This document shows, piece after piece, positions 25,938 to 32,000 of a DNA stretch of 32,000 nucleotides (its first letter is position 1; every line of letters starts with the position of its first letter). Made by a program: the position numbers and the translations under genes. The notes beneath the pieces are model-generated. The model ran no database searches. It was not told where the DNA came from and saw nothing but the letters and a program-made list of their open reading frames with translations. The DNA is from a bacterium (lineage in GTDB: Bacteria > UBP7 > UBA6624). The stretch covers positions 90,001 through 122,000 of the forward strand of contig PBAU01000010.1 in the NCBI GenBank assembly GCA_002716355.1. The letters are read 5' to 3'.

Positions 25938-26689
25938 TTAGTTATCCATCTCCCACAATTTGAACAAACACAAATACAACCTTTTTCTTCAAGCTCCTCT
26001 AAACATAACGAAGGTAGTGCAGAGTTACACGCAACACATATAAAAACAATATTGTCTTCAAAATCTTTATCTTTTCTTGCCTCGGTTAAAACTAAGCCTT
26101 TTGATCTTTTTGCCAAATCTATAAATCTAGCAACAACTTTTTCATCTAAATCTGAACAAGAGTCTTCAATCTCTTTGCTGATGCTTTTGATATTTTCATC
26201 CTTTTGATTAACTATGTCATTAAACTCTTTTTCTCTATTTGCTACAGCTTCCTCGATATTTGCTAACCTTTCCCTGTTGTCTCTAATGGATTTTTCAAGA
26301 TTTTCGATCTGTATGGACCTTCCAGCAAAATCTTTTTCCTTGTCGTCTTTCTCTTCTCGCTTTTGAATTAAGGACTCAGCAAGTTCCTGAGCGACCCTAT
26401 GCGAGATATCTTCAGAGCTCATACTTTCAAGCCTTTCAATATCCTGAACTATCATTTGCAATTCAGATTCAGCTTCAATTAATTCTTTTTTAACCCTGTT
26501 GTAAACTTCCTCTCTTCTTTTCAATCTTTGCTCTTCATCCCTTGCAGATCTTCTCCTCTGGGCTAATCTAAACTCAACAGCTTTATGCTGTTTCTCTTCC
26601 TCTAATGATTGAATTTCTAAAGTTTTCTCTTGGATGCTTTTCAAAGCCTCCAGCTCTTTTTCCTTTAAAACAAAATCTAAACTAAACAT
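25934..26689 (-). CDS. Coiled-coil protein with a C-terminal C4 zinc ribbon (COG1579 / zf-RING_7-like)
   Basis: About 250 aa, heavily charged and heptad-like, ending in CVACNSALP...CSNCGRWI. The ORF track starts it at TTG 26695. I prefer ATG 26689, which lies 8 nt downstream of the SD AAGGAG (26703-26698). Confidence 0.7.
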   Translation of the reverse strand: MFSLDFVLKEKELEALKSIQEKTLEIQSLEEEKQHKAVEFRLAQRRRSARDEEQRLKRREEVYNRVKKELIEAESELQMIVQDIERLESMSSEDISHRVAQELAESLIQKREEKDDKEKDFAGRSIQIENLEKSIRDNRERLANIEEAVANREKEFNDIVNQKDENIKSISKEIEDSCSDLDEKVVARFIDLAKRSKGLVLTEARKDKDFEDNIVFICVACNSALPSLCLEELEEKGCICVCSNCGRWITN

Positions 26690-26707
26690 AAACAATACTC
26701 CTTATTA

Positions 26708-26784
26708 TGGTGGGGAGAGAGGGACTTGAACCCCCGACCTCCTGTTTGTAAGACAGGCGCTCTATCCAGCTGAGCTATCCCCCC
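26708..26784 (-). tRNA. tRNA-Val (anticodon TAC) with genomically encoded CCA
   Basis: Hand-folded from GGGGGGATAGCTCAGCTGGATAGAGCGCCTGTCTTACAAACAGGAGGTCGGGGGTTCAAGTCCCTCTCTCCCCACCA. The anticodon stem is CCTGT/ACAGG with loop CTTACAA. Confidence 0.9.
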
Positions 26785-26797
26785 CCACTTCTCAGCA

Positions 26798-26870
<73 letters not shown>

Positions 26871-26920
26871 ACGATTTGAGTATCCTATCATAATCGAGAT
26901 TTAATGTGATACACTAAACT

Positions 26921-27095
26921 TATTGGGTGGTTTTAACCCATTGGGTTATACCTTAAAAAGGGAAAATTGTGAGAATCAATTACGGCCCCCGCCACCGTAA
27001 CTGGCACAAAAAAATATTGCCACTGTTTTGAAGAATGGGAAGGCAAGATTGTTTCAAACGCCAGTAGTCGGGAGACCTGCCTAAGCTTAAAAATT
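26921..27095 (+). promoter_or_regulatory. Cobalamin (B12) riboswitch, RF00174-like
   Basis: Three conserved blocks occur in canonical order: AAGGGAAAATTGTGAGAATCAATTACGGCCCCCGCCACCGTAA (26958-27000), GCCACTG...GGGAAGGC (27019-27044), and the B12 box GCCAGTAGTCGGGAGACCTGCC (27060-27081). The SD GGGAGG lies at 27098-27103 and ATG codons at 27108 and 27111. The downstream operon includes a BtuF-like gene. A possible promoter is TTGAGT (26876-26881), 18 nt spacer, TTTAAT (26900-26905). Exact 5' and 3' boundaries are approximate. Confidence 0.85.
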
Positions 27096-27107
27096 ACGGG
27101 AGGTAAT

Positions 27108-28244
27108 ATGATGAAAAAATTTATCAAAGCAAAAATATTATTAATTATTCTTATTTTCTGCTCATGTTCGGGACAAACACCTGAAAATTCCAATAGAGCA
27201 AACCTTGTTCTTTTAACAAACGACTGGAGTCTAAATGAAACTAACTTTTCTATAAACACAGAAAAAGGAGACTGGCTTGAAAGTTCTGAATATCTTGATA
27301 TAAATGATACCTTTAGCGCTGATACCGTAGCTAGATCCTTCAAGGAGAATGAAGCTTGGTTTCTGGACAGGCATAATCATTCAGTTTCAAAAATCAGATT
27401 TTCAAAAAATGGCTCCCCCCAGATGGTTTCAAAATGGACATTAGAAGATAGTCCAAATCCACATGATGTATGGCTTCATAATCAAATTCTTTACATAACA
27501 CAATATGAAAATGAATCTCTAATTATGCTTGACGAAGAAAACGGTCAAAAAATAACTGAAATCAACCTCTCAAATGGAGAATTGAGCAGTTGTGCTCAAA
27601 ATGATGGAAAATCAGAAATGGATCAGATATTCATGAAAAATAATAAAATTTACATTTCTATGCAATGTCTTGACACAACAGGTTCCTGGAATCCAGTTAC
27701 TGAAGGAAAGCTAGCAGTCTTAGACACAAATACAAATTCAATATCAGAAATAATAACGTTAAATGACTGCTTCAATCCAGTTGATGCTTCAGAAGGACCT
27801 TCTGGTAATTATTTATATTTTTCTTGCGTCAACAATTATGAAGGTGGAAATGATGGCTCGATAATAAAAATGAATTACGCTAACCACTCCATTCAAAAAA
27901 TTGCTGATGAATCGTTATTCGGAGGAGACATTGGAGGAATAACAATAAAAAATGATGAAAATATATTTGTAACTGTTACCGCTCCGGATTGGAGTCACAC
28001 ATGGGTTTCGAAAGTAAATATAAATGAAAACCAAGCAGAAACAATACATCAAAAAAATACACCTTGGCATAACAGGATAGCTTTCAAGAACGAGACCTTG
28101 TGGCTTATAGGCAATGAAGGGCTTTACTCTATTTCTGATTGTGGTTTGTTTTGCACAGATGAACAATTGATAAAATCTTCATCAAAATCAGCTCAACTAC
28201 TATTTTGGCTTGGAGATCCGATGTTCGGTGGTGGTGGGCATTAA
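27108..28244 (+). CDS. Riboswitch-controlled lipoprotein of unknown family, putative YncE/BtuG-like beta-propeller
   Basis: 378 aa. MMKKFIKAKILLIILIFCSCSG is a signal peptide with Cys residues for lipidation. The body shows repeated strand-turn units such as PHDVWLHNQILYITQYENESLIMLDEENGQKITEINL, KIYISMQC...GKLAVLDTNTNSI, NYLYFSCVN..GSIIKMN and ETLWLIGNEGLYSI. This is the first gene after the B12 riboswitch. Confidence 0.6.
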   Translation: MMKKFIKAKILLIILIFCSCSGQTPENSNRANLVLLTNDWSLNETNFSINTEKGDWLESSEYLDINDTFSADTVARSFKENEAWFLDRHNHSVSKIRFSKNGSPQMVSKWTLEDSPNPHDVWLHNQILYITQYENESLIMLDEENGQKITEINLSNGELSSCAQNDGKSEMDQIFMKNNKIYISMQCLDTTGSWNPVTEGKLAVLDTNTNSISEIITLNDCFNPVDASEGPSGNYLYFSCVNNYEGGNDGSIIKMNYANHSIQKIADESLFGGDIGGITIKNDENIFVTVTAPDWSHTWVSKVNINENQAETIHQKNTPWHNRIAFKNETLWLIGNEGLYSISDCGLFCTDEQLIKSSSKSAQLLFWLGDPMFGGGGH

Positions 28245-29205
28245 AAAGCTGATACATGCTTTATATGTTTTAATATTACTAATTCCCACCTCCTGCAAAG
28301 AAGCAGGTCAAGAACAAATTCAAAAATCTGAGATAAAGGAATGGAAAATAATATCTTTAGCACCATCAACAACAAGCATGCTTGCAGAGCTTGGCTTGTC
28401 TGAACACATTGTTGCAGTAGATTCATTTTCAAAAAAAGGTTCAAGTTTTTTAGACATTGGTGGACTCATTGATCCGAACTATGAATTAATAACAACAATC
28501 AAACCAACGCATATCATTGGCTTGAATAGCCATTCAAAAATCAAAGAGAAGCTGCATTTCATGAATTCGAAATGGATGTTAAATCCATCAGAAAGCCTTA
28601 ATGATTATTTTCAAACAATCCAAGAAATAGGTAAAGAATTCAATAAAGACCTTGAAGCAGAAAAACATTTGATGGAGATAGAAGAACTTGTAAAATCCTT
28701 AAGGGAGCTGATATCCCTAAATACAAATTGCGAATTGCTAAAATTTGAATATTGCCAAAATGAAAAAAAAATAATGATGATTATTTCAAGAAAACCTGGT
28801 GAAATAACAAACATGTTGGCAGCTGGAAAAGGAACTTTCCTTTCTGAAATTATTGAAAAACTAGGTGTAAAAAACGCAATAAAGAATCAAGAAAGGGCAT
28901 TGAATCCTTATTGGCCAAATATAGGTGCTGAAAGCTTAATTGCAATAAACCCGGATGAAATATGGGAATTTGGAGAAAAGAGCGATGATCAAAATTTATG
29001 TTGCGATATTGATAGTTTTTTTTACCCTTACCTTAAGCTAGAAAACATCACAGCTGTAAAAAATAAAAAAATAAAACTATTCCAGGATACCGACTTAACC
29101 GTTCCGGGAACAAATATAAAAAAAACATTGATTCGATTTGCAATAGAGCTCTATCCTGAAATAAAAGATAATATAAAAATACTAATCAAGCCAGCGAGAA
29201 GCTGA
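28210..29205 (+). CDS. BtuF-like periplasmic (class III, Peripla_BP_2) cobalamin-binding lipoprotein
   Basis: WKIISLAPSTTSMLAELGLSEHIVAVDSFS, ELITTIKPTHIIG, AAGKGTFLSEIIEKLGVKN and ESLIAINPDEIW follow the BtuF/FhuD-type pattern. The lipobox is LLIPTS|C. The true start is probably one of the GTG codons at 28228-28236 (MGIKKLIHALYVLILLIPTSC) rather than TTG 28210. Confidence 0.75.
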   Translation: MEIRCSVVVGIKKLIHALYVLILLIPTSCKEAGQEQIQKSEIKEWKIISLAPSTTSMLAELGLSEHIVAVDSFSKKGSSFLDIGGLIDPNYELITTIKPTHIIGLNSHSKIKEKLHFMNSKWMLNPSESLNDYFQTIQEIGKEFNKDLEAEKHLMEIEELVKSLRELISLNTNCELLKFEYCQNEKKIMMIISRKPGEITNMLAAGKGTFLSEIIEKLGVKNAIKNQERALNPYWPNIGAESLIAINPDEIWEFGEKSDDQNLCCDIDSFFYPYLKLENITAVKNKKIKLFQDTDLTVPGTNIKKTLIRFAIELYPEIKDNIKILIKPARS

Positions 29206-30534
29206 CCATAATTCAAGTGAATTATCACCTTTGTAACAAAGAAAATCGCTACCATTAAAAGCTAACATAAGTGTTGAGCGTGACGCTAAATTTTGATCTT
29301 TTTTACCAATTACCTTCAAGCCAAAATGACCTGCTGCTAAGTAATTTTGGCCTATGTCCAATAAGGAAAGTACGGAACTCTTCAAATTAATCTTTTTAAA
29401 GTTTTTATCTTCAAAATAAACACTTCCATCAACAGTCGAAAATGCTGAACCTGAAAAACTTAAACCTGCACAGCTCAAATCTTTTTTCTTTTTAGGCATG
29501 AAGCTGTTGTTTTTTTCGTAAAGCGTAAATAAGCTTCCATAAAGATCAACAAGGTGAATGTTTTTCTCTCCATAAAAAACAATACTGATACCATTTTTTT
29601 CCTCAAAAACTACAGTGGGTTTATCATTTTCTACAAGGACTAAGGAACCTTCCAGAGAGCCTATTAGAAGCTTGTTGTTTTCAAGATCTGCACAAATAGG
29701 CTTTATGTTCAATTTAAAATCTGAAATAAGATTCAGGCCCTTGTCCCATTTTGAAACGAAGCCGTCTGAAGATACTGCAAATAAAAAATTCTTGTTTGAA
29801 ACAAGTGCGATTATTTTTTTCTTGTGAAAATCTAAAATTCTTGATTCGCTTATCTCTTTTTCATGAATGTTTAAAACAGCAATATCACCATTAACCTTTC
29901 CCGTAATCCAAAATCCTGAAAAATACGCTACTGCAGTCAAGCCAGAAAAATCAGAAAAAGCCCTGGGTGATTCACCAACCTCTACGAGGGCGTCATTTAC
30001 CCATTCTCCATTTAAGTTTTCAGAAACGGCTTGATTGCATAATGCAATGGTTTTTAAATATTTTTTTTCGCTTAATGCATTTTTAATATCTCTTTTATAG
30101 AGTTTCTTTTTTTCTCTTTTTTCGCTTAAAGCCAGGTCTTCTAGATGTTGTTTTGCTGATGCGTTGGAACCATCAACAGACAGAATTTCAAGAGCTATCT
30201 CTTTTGCCTTTGCAGGCTTAGAGCGCTTTAGCTTATTCATGTTTTCCAATAATTTTTCTATTTTTTCTTTTTTTAACTTCGTTAAAATTTCTTGGGCCCA
30301 TTGTATGGATGGAGCCTTTTTAAGAACCTTTAGGACATGGTCATAGCAGTCATCCCAACTACCATTTTCCAAAAGTTCCTCACATTTTTCTTTTTGCTCA
30401 TCTGCCCACATTGCCTTATCTACAGATTCCCTACCACCTTCAATAAGCCAAGAACCACAAAAACGACACTTGTAAGCACCTTGCATAATCATCTCTCCAC
30501 AGTAAGGACAAGGTATTCTTTTTTCGTTACTCAT
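29182..30534 (-). CDS. Hypothetical protein: N-terminal zinc ribbon, helical/coiled region, C-terminal beta-rich (WD/propeller-like) domain
   Basis: 450 aa. CPYCGEMIMQGAYKCRFCGSWL is a C4 zinc ribbon. Residues ~40-190 are Lys/Glu-rich and helical. The C-terminal half has repeated strand patterns such as LFAVSSDGFVSKWD, LLIGSLEGSLVLVEN and YLAAGHFGLKVIG. The start overlaps the upstream gene by 8 nt (ATGAGTAA). Confidence 0.6.
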   Translation of the reverse strand: MSNEKRIPCPYCGEMIMQGAYKCRFCGSWLIEGGRESVDKAMWADEQKEKCEELLENGSWDDCYDHVLKVLKKAPSIQWAQEILTKLKKEKIEKLLENMNKLKRSKPAKAKEIALEILSVDGSNASAKQHLEDLALSEKREKKKLYKRDIKNALSEKKYLKTIALCNQAVSENLNGEWVNDALVEVGESPRAFSDFSGLTAVAYFSGFWITGKVNGDIAVLNIHEKEISESRILDFHKKKIIALVSNKNFLFAVSSDGFVSKWDKGLNLISDFKLNIKPICADLENNKLLIGSLEGSLVLVENDKPTVVFEEKNGISIVFYGEKNIHLVDLYGSLFTLYEKNNSFMPKKKKDLSCAGLSFSGSAFSTVDGSVYFEDKNFKKINLKSSVLSLLDIGQNYLAAGHFGLKVIGKKDQNLASRSTLMLAFNGSDFLCYKGDNSLELWSASRWLD

Positions 30535-32000
30535 TTCTCTCTTCCATGTTTAAAAAAACCAAATTTTCCTCTGAAACAACAACGAGCATTTCAATATCTA
30601 AATAATTCAAAAAGCCTAATGTCCAAATCTTGCCCAAAGAAGGATCCCAATTTATCTCAGATAACTGATTGCCATCTGAATCAAAAACAAACACCTTGTC
30701 AGTAAATTCAGTTGCAAAAGCAAAGCTACCACTATCATTCACCACAACACTTCCAAGCTTGATAGATTTTGGATCTTTTAACATTTTTTTTGCTTTCGGA
30801 AAATCCTGAGATGCGTTCCCTATCCACACCTGACCATTTTGATCAAATGCAAAAATAGTTCCAGAATCATTAAGAAGGACATCTGTAACTGGTTGATTTA
30901 TTGTCAAATTTCCTACAGCAGATAAACCCATAAGCTCTCCTTTCATTACACTGTAAAGGGAAACAATGGAGTTGTTGGGTCCAAAATTATAACCAATAGC
31001 AATATGTTCATTATTGTTAACGCTTAACTTGATCTGTCTTGACTCAAGCCCATCCCAAACAAACTTACTAGAGCCATAGCCCATAACAACCTGGAGGGAT
31101 CTTGTTTCACTCTCGTGAAAAACACCGAAACCATTATCTGCAAGATCAAAAGCATCAAAATACCTTTTGCTTGAAATGATCTTTCTCTTTTCCGATCCGG
31201 CCTGAGAGTCCACCCACGCCCCTTTTGAAGAAGCCCAAAAAACTTCACTTTCAAAATGAACTTTTTGCACTAGTGAGTCGTCAACATCACCATCACCATT
31301 CTCTAAATTTGAAAATCTGAATGGTGAAGAAGATAATATACGATATCCACCCCTTACACCTAGCAACAATTCAATATTTTTAAAATCTTCAGATTGTGAA
31401 AGCGAATAAACCTGTTCCGGCAAGTTGAAAACATACACGGGAAGATTGTCAATTTTAGAAAGTTCATAAAGTTGTGCAAAAATCAAAGCTTCATCTTCTT
31501 TCTCTAATAGCAACAAAGGGAAGGCTTTTTCTGAAAAATACCGTACCTCTTCAGCAGTTGAGTTTTTTAAAAAATAATCTAAATTATCCTTAAACAAGCT
31601 TCCAAATGGTATTTTTTGAGATAGCTCAAACATAACTTCTGCTTCAAGAAGCCAATCCGGCTTCTCTATCCTAAGCCCACTTAAAAGCAAGGATAACTCT
31701 TTTAAAAAATCATCATCATAATCAAGATAAGGGTTGATGTGCATGTCTATTTTTGTTGACTCTTTTATTTCGGACAATCTCATTTCGTAAGATTTTTTCA
31801 GAAGTAAAGATACCCACGCCAAATCTGGTTTCAAAGGTATTTTTTTCAACTCTGATATCGATTCTTTGAAATTTCCTGAATCAAATAAAGATTGAATTTT
31901 TATCTTTAAAGAAACAAAAGCGTCTTGCTCATAGCTTGCAAGCAGGTTTGAAACATCTGCACTTTCTGGCCATTCTTGACTTAAATCATTCAACAAGGAT
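30527..32000 (-). CDS. Hypothetical protein with a helical N-terminal part and beta-rich propeller-like C-terminal part; 5' end probably outside the window
   Basis: The frame is open to the window edge. The track start at 31996 is only a TTG, and the preceding codon is also sense. The C-terminal half has repeats such as GTIFAFDQNGQVWIGN, GSFAFATEFTDKVFVFDSDGNQL and KIWTLGFLN. No family motif was recognised. Confidence 0.55.
   Translation of the reverse strand, partial: SLLNDLSQEWPESADVSNLLASYEQDAFVSLKIKIQSLFDSGNFKESISELKKIPLKPDLAWVSLLLKKSYEMRLSEIKESTKIDMHINPYLDYDDDFLKELSLLLSGLRIEKPDWLLEAEVMFELSQKIPFGSLFKDNLDYFLKNSTAEEVRYFSEKAFPLLLLEKEDEALIFAQLYELSKIDNLPVYVFNLPEQVYSLSQSEDFKNIELLLGVRGGYRILSSSPFRFSNLENGDGDVDDSLVQKVHFESEVFWASSKGAWVDSQAGSEKRKIISSKRYFDAFDLADNGFGVFHESETRSLQVVMGYGSSKFVWDGLESRQIKLSVNNNEHIAIGYNFGPNNSIVSLYSVMKGELMGLSAVGNLTINQPVTDVLLNDSGTIFAFDQNGQVWIGNASQDFPKAKKMLKDPKSIKLGSVVVNDSGSFAFATEFTDKVFVFDSDGNQLSEINWDPSLGKIWTLGFLNYLDIEMLVVVSEENLVFLNMEERNE

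Noticed and set aside
26933-27343. 136-aa minus-strand ORF spanning the 26871-27107 gap.
   Set aside because: It is antisense to the cobalamin riboswitch and to the 5' end of the lipoprotein gene. It has no SD and its composition is driven by the opposite strand.

Overview
This is a visibly AT-rich, very gene-dense bacterial chromosomal segment. Most intergenic gaps are under 60 nt and about ten gene pairs have overlapping start and stop codons. The taxon cannot be determined from the sequence alone. Several lipobox proteins and a BtuF-like binding protein suggest a streamlined diderm lineage. Content is mainly housekeeping. (i) A minus-strand operon runs 3282->1: glutaredoxin-like protein, sulfite-oxidase-family Mo-domain protein, thiolase, and a multiheme cytochrome c lipoprotein that is absent from the ORF track. 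(ii) Next come an orphan lipoprotein with a possibly degenerate M1-peptidase-like core, a Mn-type SOD, an 865-aa secreted zincin and an SNF2 helicase. (iii) A plus-strand block at 10613-17964 holds a DegT aminotransferase, GT4 glycosyltransferase, WecD-like GNAT, purH, leuD, a short LeuA-family synthase and a YjiK-like protein. (iv) A ~9-kb minus-strand translation supercluster runs 26870->17954: tRNA(CAT), tRNA-Val(TAC), Zn-ribbon coiled-coil protein, cysS, tRNA-Gly/Cys/Val, thrS-infC-rpmI-rplT, gatA-gatB and a coupled secreted protein. (v) A cobalamin riboswitch, found by reading the 237-nt gap at 26871-27107, precedes a two-gene operon. That operon encodes an uncharacterised putative beta-propeller lipoprotein and a BtuF-like lipoprotein, with no transporter genes. 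(vi) A translationally coupled pair of Zn-ribbon/helical/beta-rich hypothetical proteins runs off the right edge. I saw no CRISPR array, no transposase, integrase or phage genes, and no recognisable multi-gene defence system. The best candidate for something undescribed is the riboswitch-controlled lipoprotein pair, followed by the Zn-ribbon/propeller-like pair.
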